This document shows, in pieces, positions 48,560 through 61,213 of a stretch of DNA of 64,000 bases. The position numbers and the translations under genes are program-made. The notes beneath the pieces are model-generated. The model was not told the DNA's origin, made no database searches, and worked only from the letters and a program-made list of their open reading frames with translations. How positions within the stretch are numbered: the first letter of the stretch is position 1; the number at the start of each line of letters is the position of its first letter. Location of the stretch: positions 744,001 through 808,000 of the forward strand of contig NW_027271052.1 of the NCBI RefSeq assembly GCF_040938485.1, read 5' to 3'. This DNA is from Diadema antillarum (lineage: Eukaryota).

Positions 48560-49458
48560 ATTCCTTTCAACTCAAATAAACTCCTCAACATAAGTTCTGC
48601 AATTGAAGTTTGATAGATCATATTTCTCTTATACCCACAATATCTTCATTAGATATGGCATCATTAGAAAGCCTGATTAATTATCTTTAAAATGACACCT
48701 CACTTGATACGATTGGGTGTTCTTGGAATGTGCAAAACAGCCGAGTATGGGTACAGATCAAAAGTGAAAAGTCGCAACAATTCTGCTATTGATAATTTAC
48801 ACTTTTGATGAAAAAAGGCCGCCGGAATGAGCAATGCTGAAATGAGAGCACTTTCAAAAACTCCTATTTCCTAGACATTAGATGACTGTTTAGTCAACCT
48901 TTATGTTTAGTTTTAATCTGCAGATACTCCTGCAGTTTTTGATTCATGGATGAAGTCTGGAATCTAATGATAATCTCACAATGCATTCTTTTCAAGCACA
49001 TTCCTTCCCTGAAACGGCAAAGCAAATGGGAATTATATTGCTTGACATAACACGTTTGCTCTTATTTTGCAACATTTCACATTTGACCTTTCCTCATACT
49101 CAGTCATACTGTGCATTCCAGGAATGCATAATGTAAACAAGTGAGTTGTCATTGTAAAAGAAAAACCAATAATCAGGCTTTCTTATGATGTCACATTTGA
49201 ATATGATGTAGTTTGAAGAGAATACGATACATCAAATTGGAATTGCAGGACTCTTTTGAGGAGTTTAAAACAAGGACAACATTGTAAACTGGAAGTGCTG
49301 TATCAAAGCAAACGTAATTTGGGCACGAATAATGAGAGAGTATCTTTCCTACGTACACATTGTTTTCTATTAGAACCTGACAATATAAACTTGATTGCAA
49401 TTTGTCCCATTAGTGACGAAAAAAAAATAAGCAGAATAGAATGGAAACGTGTATAAAA

Positions 49459-49513
<55 letters not shown>

Positions 49514-50154
49514 TTTGTAACTCGCCTTTGTTTGTGAGCTGATGGGGAGAAAAGAAATAAACTCTTTGACGCCGTATTTTGATATGCAATGGAGGTCCGT
49601 TCGTTCGCATTAGTAATCTCCAAATACCATACAGGATGAAATAAAACAAGAGATACCAAAGGCCATACTCGCAAGATGTTTCTTGGAAGCCGTACGAGGG
49701 CGATCCAATATGATTGTGCCAATTAGTTTACCAATTTGATTAGAAACGATAAAAAGGCCATTTCTGATACAGCAATGCATTTAGTAAATTCAATATGACA
49801 AACTGTCACTACCATGCCATGGAAATAGTTGCTTTCCACGAAATCTAATACGCATCTAATTCGTAAATACACATCATGCTGTGGTCGTTTTGGAATTAAA
49901 TTTAATGATTCAAAACCTCGTATCAGTCATCTAAGCGCTTCATTATAAATTTCACGACAATTCCAACAAAACTGAATGTCTTATATAGGCAACTGGCATG
50001 GTTTCCACAGGGTACTTTTAAATGGCCACATAAATCACGTGATGTTGACGTCACTTGTTTCGAAGTTCCTCTTTGGCTTTGTCCAAGGGGAGATCGAAAT
50101 CGGATTTGCTCTTATCAGCGACGCGTTAAAATTCCACACCACCCCGTTGATCTG

Positions 50155-50460
50155 GGGAGTGTTTCATCAATTTAGTCAGCGCTGACAAGTTGTCAGTTTC
50201 CGACAATTCCAGTGAAATCCTTGGTTTTGATTGGCTGAGATGCTCTGGTCACTGACTGTTATCATGGTGATTGTCAGAGACTGACAACTTGTCAGCGCTG
50301 ACAACTTTCATGAAACGGTACCCTGGGGGTGTTTCATGAAGCAACTTGTCAGTGATTTTCACCGACAAATTTGCTATCAGCCAATCAGACGCAAGGATTT
50401 CAGTAGCTTTTAACAGTTGTCAGTGTAAATCACTGACAAAAAGTTTCATGAAACGGTCCC
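50155..50460. mobile_element. Two adjacent related Harbinger-like MITEs (50155-50322 and 50326-50460)
   Basis: Termini GGG.GTGTTTCAT.AA / TTCATGAAACGGT.CC; separated and flanked by CTG, CTG and CAG. Confidence 0.7.
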
Positions 50461-51764
50461 CAGATCTCGGGAAAAGTCAAGACAAAATATGGGTAGGGGA
50501 TTATTAGAGTGAAGACCCAGTCACGTGACCCAGTCAGTACGGCTTCGTCTTTTTGCTGCATGACTGACATTCACGTGTTCATGAATTTCTGCATATCTGT
50601 CCGCAGCGCAGTTCCATAAATGGTTTGAGTCAAATACTCAGTCAATGCATTAGTTGAAATACATCCCATCACCATTAGCCTACTTGTCTCGTTTTGATAT
50701 CTTTTCAGTTGTTGATATTGTTATTTATTTCCATCAGAAGAGTTCATTTCATTTCATCAGTTGTGACTAACGAGGTGGTCAAGCTATCTGTCTACAAATT
50801 GCCAGCCATTCTGGCTAATTTCCACGAACTAATATCATTAAATTTTTATCGTAGCAATAATAGTCATTCCAATCAATTTGTTTCTAATCATAATTCGAGG
50901 CCGATACTTTGGTGTACAGGTGTTCGGACGTCGATATAAACGGCTCTGACATTAACTGGTCTCGTATTCTCGCCACTGATGTCAGCAGTGACTGGCAGAA
51001 TTCAATATGTGAAGAACATCGTGGAGGAAAGATTTAAAAAAATAAAGGGAAAGTCCCAGTATGGATACAGCTGTGAGAGAGGATATGATATGCTAAATAG
51101 GCTTAATGTTATAATGACACAGATGTCATTAACATGTCAACGAAACTTAATTGTTTTTGAAGGAATGAATGTAATTATCATTTACTGTATTTGAATTCTT
51201 ATATGGTTTAACTTCTGTATTAGTTTTTCTCTTGGTATACGTGAAATGCACACAAGCAGTATGCAAACATTACACTAAGATCATTGTTACAACCTTTGCC
51301 ACTTTACAAAATAAACCAGTAAAGAAATTGCAGACAAAAAAAAACTAATTCGGGCATAGAAGGCGTTACTACCAATAATAAGAGCTAACAGCAATGTATA
51401 TTATTATAAACAATGATTAAAACAGATACAATGATTCGTAATTCTATACCACACAAGCACACATCAACCTTCATCATTCCAGTCTTCATTTCCTCCTCTT
51501 TTTTCCCCTCCTTCAACATCATCTTGTGTCCTCCTCTTGCACTTCGCCATTTCTTATTACCATTGTTACTGACGTATCTTTTCCTTTTACTATCAACATT
51601 AAAAGTCACGATCATGAAGAGCGATTTTGGATAATCTTCATCATAGCCGCAACCATTGCAGTCAGTGCCATTTCTTATTTTTCATTCTTAGCATCACTGC
51701 CATCCGTTTTATTAATCATATCACCAACATAATCATACCATTACTTCATCATCATTGCACTCAC

Positions 51765-51908
51765 CTGCTCCTGCTATGTCAACGGCACCCATCTCACGGA
51801 ACAGTCCCGTTTCTGCCCACACCCAGTGCGCTGGGAAGCAGTAGACTAGGGTATTCACCATGGAGAACACGCAGTAAGCCTCGAGCTTTGTCCTTTCCGC
51901 CATGGCAC
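51765..51908 (-). CDS. Amt: Amt exon (GAMAERTKLEAYCVFSMVNTLVYCFPAHWVWAETGLFREMGAVDIAGA)
   Basis: Acceptor ttggcag|GT, donor G|gtgagt; phase 1 to 1. Confidence 0.96.
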
Positions 51909-54340
51909 CTGCCAAAAATGACGCCACATGGAAAGAAAATGAGGAAAAAATAAATTCATAGGCATTGACTACCCTTGACCGCTGGAAGAAAGTGACAAGG
52001 GGATATTTTCCACCTGTCCTGCCTGTTAGTTACTGCACTATAGGTAACCATGGCTACTCTATTGATGATCTTTTCATTACCGCATTACTGCTAAACTGCC
52101 CAATTATAATCATGGCGCGTCGATGAAAAATATCGATCGGCATTGATTCTTCAACAATTGCCACTTCCCGATTTACAAGTGAACACCGTTGACACGGGTA
52201 AAATAATAATGACAAAGACATAAAACAATGAAACCCAGACACAAGCATGATCGGCTAGTTTTTTTAACTCTTTAATGATAGCAACTTGAATTCATAAACA
52301 TAAAAAAGCTGATGGGTTGCCGTTGTCGATGTAGGTTCCATTTTGAATTTCATCGTAATTTTATCCGGTAACGATACGTAAGAAGTAAGAGCTTACAGGT
52401 AAATAGAGTTACCCTTCGACAGCGGAGTAAAACGAATCATCCTAATTTTTCCTACTATATACCAATGCAATTCAAGATTTCAGTTTTTACAACTAACTGA
52501 TGATGCTACTCCATCCGATTGTTCGACTGCTCATCACATGACATTTCCTAAGAAGAACAGCTGCAAGTTTAATATTGCACGATGACATCACCAACCATGT
52601 ATATTACTCGATAGGCTGTTTATCAGTTTCGTAGTTTATCATTCGCCCTGCCTCGAGGAAACAGTTATTTGCTTACTAAGGTCATTGTCTTGACCACGAC
52701 TGTAAATATCGGTGGTGTTGAATATTCAAACAAATAGTTGAGGGCGTTCGTTCGTTCGTGCCATGGAACAAGATTTCCAATTCGGTGAAAGATCTTTTAC
52801 CATATTTTGCCAGTCACTATTAAAAGCCTACTTGTTCATACTCGTTCATACTCGCGCTGTGACTGAGCGGGTGAGCATTTTTGCATGTAGATTAAAATAA
52901 TATTCAATTTGTTGACGAGCCAGAGCATCAAGCAGGTCATGTATTCCGGAGAGACATTCCAGCACTCTCTCGGTATTCTGCATGAAGCTCGAAAGAGAAA
53001 AATGCTGCAGCCATTTTGTGCAGCCTATAGCTAAGCAGAGGTAACTCTACATGGAAGCAAGAACAAAACACTCTTCATATAATAATGATGTCGTTCTTCT
53101 CACTCTCACTGGGATATCGGAAAGATAATTGCTTGCATCCCTGTCAAAAGACCAATTATCGGGAATATTTCCTTTATTATTCATTTTAAATAGATTTTCA
53201 TTAATATGACGACGGTATACAATTGATAAAATTGTTTCATTAATTTTGTCAAGGCTGAAAGTGAATAAATGTTAGCATTTGAATGTAATGCATGCCCACG
53301 AGGTTACAACAATCATGCGTTATTTGCTTGTATTCCTTCATTGTTGTCAAAACATTTCGGTACTGGCATATCGAAAACATTGTAACCTTGAATGCAATTT
53401 TTGTATCTAACCACTATTGGTAACAGCAGTCAATATTAAAATGATAAAGATACGTGACACAGCGAGAGGGGAAAAGGATGTCAGTATCGTTGATTGTATA
53501 TACAAATATATATATATATGAATATGCCTAGAGTTCTGTGCGCAAGTGTATGTATGTGCGTACATGTTTTCTCTTCAGGAATTCGGGTATTGTTGTTTCG
53601 ATATTTTGTGTATGTGCCTTTGCGTTGAGAGGATACTGCCAGTACTAGCTTTCTTCGTGATTAGACAGACAAGGATATTGTCACTTAGAGGTAATGTATA
53701 ATAGTGGAAAAGAAAAGAAAATGGATTGAAATGGAGGGTCAAAAAAGGAACGTAGTTTCTGCATCATCAAACACAATGACAAGACGAAGGACATATGACT
53801 GACTATCACTATACAATAATCGAATGCCTCGACTTCCAACGCTATCAATTTCATCTCGAACAGCGCATAGCTCATAGTATAGTGTTACTACAATTTGCGA
53901 CATAGGTCTGCATGATATAAACAGACAGAGCAATCGTTGTGTTCGAAAGAGACAACAACATCATCATCAACAACAACAACAACAACAAGATGTTTTTAAA
54001 AAGATGCGCTCTCACACAGAGCAAGTAAGTAAATCAAATTGAGGAAACATGGAATGATAAAATCATTTGGCTTATCAAAAGTTTGCCCTGATAAACATGG
54101 TATACTTGGAATCTGTGTGTAAACATACGTGCTGTATATGGATGTGCAATCCATAGTTTTCGACTGTAAACAGTATTTCAATGCCAGCAAGCATATACAG
54201 CATGCTCCCGACTGTTTTGTTGTTGCTGTTTTCGTATTTTGCCTCAGGAACCCATGATGTATAAACCTATAAAGCTTGTGCTCGAAGAACGAGATACTTC
54301 GAAATGAATTTGTGAGAAGGCCAGAAATTATACACGTAGC

Positions 54341-54667
54341 CAGAGACTCCAACTTTCCCGCTTTCGACGGGAGATCTCCCGCCGAAAGCCCATTTTTGCA
54401 AAATCTCCCGTTCTCCAGCTTAGGATTTGATTTCTCCGGCCCTGGCTCTGTGTCTCCCGTTGGAAAGGATATCTTACTTATTGCCATATCGTATGTTGAA
54501 AAATAGTCCTTAGATAGCACGAGAGAGCATCTAGAACCCTAGACTGGACCCCGGCCGCAAGGAATTTCGCGCTTCCTTCGCGCTCATCAACTTGGAGTCT
54601 CCCGTTTGCTAGGGGTTTCAGGCGGGAGAATCTCCAGATCAGAAGGTGCTGGGGGTTGGAGTCTCTG
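54341..54667. mobile_element. MITE with 13-bp TIR CAGAGACTCCAAC and 6-bp direct repeat CGTAGC
   Basis: CGTAGC|CAGAGACTCCAAC...GTTGGAGTCTCTG|CGTAGC; internal GGGAGA/TCTCCC motifs. Confidence 0.75.
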
Positions 54668-57600
54668 CGTAGCTTCAAAAAGAGGCGGTCAAGCCATCGC
54701 TAGCCCTCATACTCATACATCATTTGATGAACACTGCCTTACAGGACTTGGACTAACACATTCCCTTTTCAGTTGTCTTAATAAGTGCTTACTGACTACG
54801 AACTATGTACATGTACTTGGAAGCATACCTATATGCTGCGCCTAGCTCGCCAGGCACTGTAAAGATGATCAACGTATTTCCCTACCACTGCGAAAAATGG
54901 ATTAAAAGTTGGTAAAGAGAATCAAAATCATCTAAATCTTCTCGATATAGAGCGGGAGTGTACAACGTTATCAATGATACTACTAGCACGATTCTCTTGG
55001 AGGTGCTTAATATACTATTATCTCTCACTTTAAGGTACCAATATTTCCCATGCCAAAATAATGGTTCATTATCAGTAAGCAGGATTTGAATGTAAAACCT
55101 ATTGTTTAAAGTTCCAAAGCTCTTTTCAGCACTCTCATTTAAACTTTGCTGCTCGAGTTATAATCAATTTTGATGCATGATAACACCTCCCAACCTTTTA
55201 GCAGTCTATTTTTCCCACTACTGGGTGACGTTCATGACAACATTCGAACGGGTTCAATGATGCGTCAACTGCCATTTCCAGTACAACAGCATGGGTTATT
55301 GGTGCAAACTAAACTGTTTACGTACATGCTTACGTACTTGTGAGACAAAATTCTGGTGTCGAATTTGATTTTCTTACAATAATGGAGAAAAGGAATTGAA
55401 AGTATATCAAATCACCACATCAGATCTTCAGGAGCTCCGCCTTGTTCTTGTCACTCTAACAAGATGTTTGCTCGGGTATTATAGTTGATGGAACATCGAT
55501 TTGGCTTGGAATGTTTTTCATTATTTGTATCTTTTAGTCTGATTTTGAAAACAAAAGAACAAAGCTGGAATAGGTGCAAAAGACATCATAAAGAATTTGA
55601 TGCCCTCTGCCGAATTCGTCGGACAAACCAATCTTTTAACCAACTATATTTAGGACTAATCCTTGAAAGAAAGACATCGTAATAATGAAGATGATGTTAA
55701 ACTTGATAATATCAATAGGAATTGTAATACATGTAATGTAATGATAAAACAATAATAGAATGATATCGATAAAACATCCGTAATTGTAGTCGCATAACAA
55801 TAAAAATGATAAACATGATGATAAAAGAAATAAGCACTGAAATTGTTCTTGAATCCAACAAACAACTTAAAGAAGAGGTGAAACACCAGTCATTGTTGTT
55901 GTTCTCTTGATGTGATTATCCAAAAAAAATACGAAAATGCCATAGCTTGTGTCAACAATATCGCAGCCTTCAAATAACTGTCACCACAGGATAAGAAAAA
56001 CAAATAAGCAGCTGCACAGACAAATGGTTTTAAGTCTGGTATGTATAATAATACACAGAAGTGTGTGTCAGATTTATCCTTCAGCCAGAAGCCTTGAAGG
56101 ACTGCGTAGATACCTGGTAGCCTCATGGTCACCTACCTATAACGTGTGATGCCCAGCCATACGAATGAAAAAAGAAAATGTTCATACATTTGTATGAAGA
56201 ACCTCCGCAGCGCAAATTTGATTTCCCCAAGAGTGGTGAAAATTGTGACAGAAATGTGATTTCCAGAGCATCGCCATACTTTTGTTATACTAACTGGATG
56301 TGTATTTGGGATGTTAACAATATCTGACGGAAAATGTGCATGTCACAGTCAATTTCTTTAAGGATTACGTTGACAGCTTTTGACATTTCTATTTTACTTT
56401 TTTATACGATGTATTTTTGTAATTATCTGGGATTGTGTAAGAACAACAGGAAATAGGCAGATTGCACTTCGCGCTTTAATCATGCAAGATATATTTTAAG
56501 GGATGATAAGCAGGCAGACCCCTTGGTGTATTGTATGAACTCCCCAACTGATGAAAGTTTTCTATCGACATCAATGTATAGGACGTTTATCATACTTTCT
56601 CATTTTGTCAGTTCTACCCGCCAAGTGAATGAATATCAAGCATGATGGCAGTCTTTTTCCCAGATGTAACAAAGAAACAACAACTATCAAACATATCCTT
56701 CCTATAACTCCACCCTAATCTTGCAAACTAGTATCACTGGATACTGACAGATGGAACATTGTCGAAGGGGTAGTAAATCACCGAGGGAGGAGATGGATCA
56801 TTCTCTTTTCTCCATACAGAAATGAATATTAAACCCACATTCGGGGATGAGTGAAGTGTCATATATCAACTTGATGCAGTGTTTTCCTGATGATCAATCC
56901 CCGAAGCAGGCAGAATCTGACAGGGAACATCCGCTGAGTGGTGATTTGGAATCGACAAGTTGGATTGACGTCCTTGACTTTCAAGGTATTATTCATGAAG
57001 GCCATTGCAGCAGTATCATTTAAGCTCCATTAAGTTCACCTCTAATCTCCATAATAACATGAGTGGGGTATTCGCTCCATGATTCCAACACAAGTCCAGT
57101 TAAACAAATATGTTCTAGGGTAATAACTCGCTCGATCAATACCGATCCTACCTGGTTATAGTCAAGGAAATTTTTAAGTTTGACCAGAGTATATGTACAG
57201 TGCCATTTGATACTCATCATATTTCATCATAATATGGATGGAAATGTATTTTGGGTCGGAGGAAATATAACTGTCTTCAGAAATGAACGAGGTATTGGGA
57301 AACCCTGTTTCAAACATGCCGCCAGAATATTAGACATTTCAAGACTTATATTCACACATTGACGAAGTAAAATCTCTGAATGCTTTCGAAGCGCCCAATG
57401 GTCCATATAGCATTGTGGTAGACATGCTGGGAAGCACAATCTTTGGGCGACGGTGCAGATGCAAATTTAGCAAAGAGTATAAAGAAATGCGGTGCTGAAG
57501 CGTAGAACATGGCATTTGTTTCTCTACCATTTCAAGTGTGAGAAATCTTGGATGTCTACGTTGTCATGACAACCACGGGGAACCTCAGAGGGAAAGCAGT

Positions 57601-58291
57601 GAGATGTTCCAAAGAATTGCTCATTTCCTTTAAACGGTACATGATGTCATTTTAGGAGCCATAGGATTTATATAGTGGAATTAATATCTTTAGGTGCAGC
57701 CTGTCTCGGTAGACTTCCACCGTTTTTGCGTCATTTGAAGGTGTTTAAATTCAACGTTTATCTACTCTTCATTCAATAAGTTTTCCAATGTCGTTTTCTG
57801 TGTCACTCTCGTTTCTATAGAAGTGTCAGCGATAGTTTGTATGTACAGGGTAGAATGATTTGCCTATGCTATCACAACCTGGGTAGGATGGAATCGTCAT
57901 TGTCAGGGTGAAGCCTAGCTATGGCAGGAGAAGGGTTAATGATAGGGACGATGCTGTTGTATGTATAGAAAGTTGATTCAGTCTTGAATGTCACATTATT
58001 TGAAATGAAAATTAAATGACAAAGGATTGACTCCACTGAGGTATCAGGTAACATAGATTTGGTACTGCAGCACCCTGTGTTGTATGCTTCAGACACTTTT
58101 GACTCTGTCTTCATTGTAGACTGATACAACATAGAAAATAAGTAAACCCATACCATCGAATAAATCAAAAGGCTGGAAAATGAGATTGAGATGGGTTGGG
58201 TGGGGGAGAGATGCTGAAAGAGAAGCGGTAAGAGAGATGGTTAAAGAGACGTGATTAGAGAGGGAGATGTACTATTATGAAATGGAGGATG

Positions 58292-58494
58292 GCACGATAT
58301 TTGCTCCTGCGACAATTGTTTCATTCTTTTTTTCCTTTAAGGACTTAGGATTAGGGGTGTGAAAGTGTTTCAGGTTTAGCTTGTTGTCAGGATTAGGATT
58401 AGGGTAAGTGTTATGTTTTGGTGCAGATACTATGTCTGGCTTAGTGTGCAGATATTTAATGGCAGCAATTGTCGCAGGAGCAAATGTGTCGTGG
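58292..58494. mobile_element. MITE with internal TTAGG(G/A)-like repeats
   Basis: Perfect 20-bp inverted pair ATTTGCTCCTGCGACAATTG (58299-58318) and CAATTGTCGCAGGAGCAAAT (58466-58485). Confidence 0.7.
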
Positions 58495-61054
58495 AACAGA
58501 AATGGAGGAAGCGAGGCGGGGAGAAAGAGAAAGAGGGAGAGGTGTAGAAAGAATATTGAGATTATCAAAAAGATGGCTGTAGATTGAAAATAATCAAGGG
58601 GGAGATGGCGGGAGAAGGAAAGAGAGTGTGAAATGTTTTGTCGCCTTGAAGAGGAAAGGTTCGATGGCACTGCTGTATTTAAGATGACGTCATAGCAATC
58701 TCTCTGAGTTTGACGTTGATAGAATGAGCTGGCCTACAGAAGACATCATCCTGCTGTATAGTCAGATAGTAGGTCAAATCACCAGCAATCAACACTTGCA
58801 GTGGTGCAAATCTGAATTAATAGAATACGATTCGCATTGATTTCAGGTTTGTCTTTTTTTTTTCTTTTTTCTTTTACTTTTTTTACCTGACACATATTAG
58901 TGCATGTGTCTGCCACAACACTTACAGTGTGATATATTGTTAGCAACATGCTTAGAATGTCATACATTTATGAAAGAGAATATCCATCACAGCACTAGCT
59001 TAAAGATAAGGTTTTAGGGTATACTCACTGTTAGGTTTCAGACATCAGGACCACACTTAAATTCACGAAAAAAAAAAATACATAGTGTACGGTGAAAGTG
59101 TCTACCTCGAAATATTCTAATACCATGGAGACCATGGAGACCAAACACTACATCACTAAGTAAGTCACGTGATCCCCTTTCGAAAAGAAAGGACCGATCA
59201 CCCTTGATCAAGAATAACGTACTCACAATGATTATAAAACATCTACACCTACTTCCAGTGCTCTCATAACAACGGCTATATTCATGATGACGTCATCGAT
59301 GATGATACCTTGATGGTGACGATGAAGATGATAAAGATGNNNNNNNNNNNNNNNNNNNNNNNNNNNNNNNNNNNNNNNNNNNNNNNNNNNNNNNNNNNNN
59401 NNNNNNNNNNNNNNNNNNNNNNNNNNNNNNNNNNNNNNNNNNNNNNNNNNNNNNNNNNNNNNNNNNNNNNNNNNNNNNNNNNNNNNNNNNNNNNNNNNNN
59501 NATTTTGTTTCTTTTTTATGAAACCTCACCAATGCAAGCGCAGACAAAATTCTTTCTAACTACTTGTAGTTAATAACTTCTCGCACAATATATCTCTGCT
59601 CTTCTTTTTCCCTTTTATTCAGTAGCCTCTAAAGATATCCCGTTTTTATTTGAATAAATTGTTATATATAATGCTATTCATATTTTGTTCATGCTATTCA
59701 TCAACACAACTTGGTGCTAAATGAAAGCGTGAGCGGTGAGGTAAAATCAAAGACACCGATTTTGATAGTAATGGGGGAAAAAGAAATGAAATAGCGGAAA
59801 TTTCCTTGTTTCGACAGCCTGGCTAAAAATATAGGTCAATGACAATAATTTATTTAAGCAATTACGTCCCCCACCCACTATCTATTAGCTTGACAAATAA
59901 CAAGTGTATGAAATGGGTAGCCTATCAAATAGATATGGCATTCCGAAAAGGCTGAACGAAATAAAATTGACCTCCAAGGCAGCTGTGATGCATCTAACAA
60001 AATTCTATAATCATAATCAGAGTGATGAGGGTTGCCAAGCAATGTGGATAAACGGGAAATTAATATTTTGTGGAGGCGATGAATGGGTATTAGGACATGA
60101 TCACAGAATGCATGTCTTTCTTTGTGTGAAGAAGATGTAAAAAATAAACAAGATTTGTAGGATGAGCATCATTCTTTGGCTCTATTCCTGTTGTGGGAAG
60201 CATGAGAAGATTATGATTATCATGTAGCTACTCGATCGCTCCGTGATTCTATCAAGAGTGTAGTGACAGCGGCGACGATTTGGTTAAAAAACAGCTACAC
60301 CGTATAGCCCATCATTGATGACAACATTCTGCATCAGACAAATTGTCAAATAGGCAATGACAGCACCTTTCACTCACAAGTCATAACCTTTTCAACGCGA
60401 GTATGTGAACAGGTGATGAGTGTGCGTGCATCTATGTCGTGTATGTGTGCGTGAGCGTGGTTTTTGGCCTTGATATTATTGTCCAAACAGACTTCAAACA
60501 CTTTTTTCCACTTTGCGAAATAAATGGTTGGAAGTCTTAATTTATAAAATAAAATGTCGACAATGATAGCATTCATTTATATATAATTATGTAAACCTGC
60601 AGCTATTCGTGCGATGTCAAACACATGCCCCAGTCTGATAGCTTATCCTGGGCGGCTTTAACAGTCATCAATCATCAGACATAATTCATCTGAACATGCT
60701 GACGGTTGTTTCCTAATCTATCATGGCATTAGATTTGTTTGCAGGCAAGCAGTACTCATTGACATATAAAGCGTAATCCACAAATTCTCTATAGCTCGAG
60801 GTCCTTTTCACTATAGACTGGTGCATGTTATCAGAGAGAAAAGAATTGACCACAAAAATACAAAATGAAAACGTAAAATAAGAGAAGCCTTTTTGATTAT
60901 TTCAAATCTTGCTTAAATCTAACTGTCAAATCGAAATTCAGCAAAGACGAACCGTATTTTGCAGTGTGGGATACAACGTGCATGAAGTTTTGCAAAAACA
61001 ATAATAAGATATTTCCACCATCTCCTTGGTAACACTTATATACATATATGTATG

Positions 61055-61085
<31 letters not shown>

Positions 61086-61179
61086 AGCCTTATAATATTA
61101 TACAAGAATAAGATTTATAGGCTGTAATGATGAAAAAGTATATACGTATATACATATATATACATAGGCATGTGTGTGA

Positions 61180-61213
<34 letters not shown>

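Larger units (their letters stand above)
36302..51908 (-). other. Amt: Ammonium transporter (Amt family) gene span, 3' part; 5' exons not located in the window
   Basis: Joined exons give GAMAER, HWVW, D.AG..AVH..GG, LWWGW.GFN.GS, NGVLGGLV..T, IDDP.GV..VH and E..G.D..EHG. These are Amt/Mep hallmarks, including both pore histidines. About 467 aa lie in the window in the longest form. Confidence 0.96.

Noticed and set aside
53996-54520. 174-aa minus-strand ORF, considered as an Amt 5' exon
   Set aside because: No Amt motifs or TM pattern, and part of it overlaps the MITE at 54341-54667.
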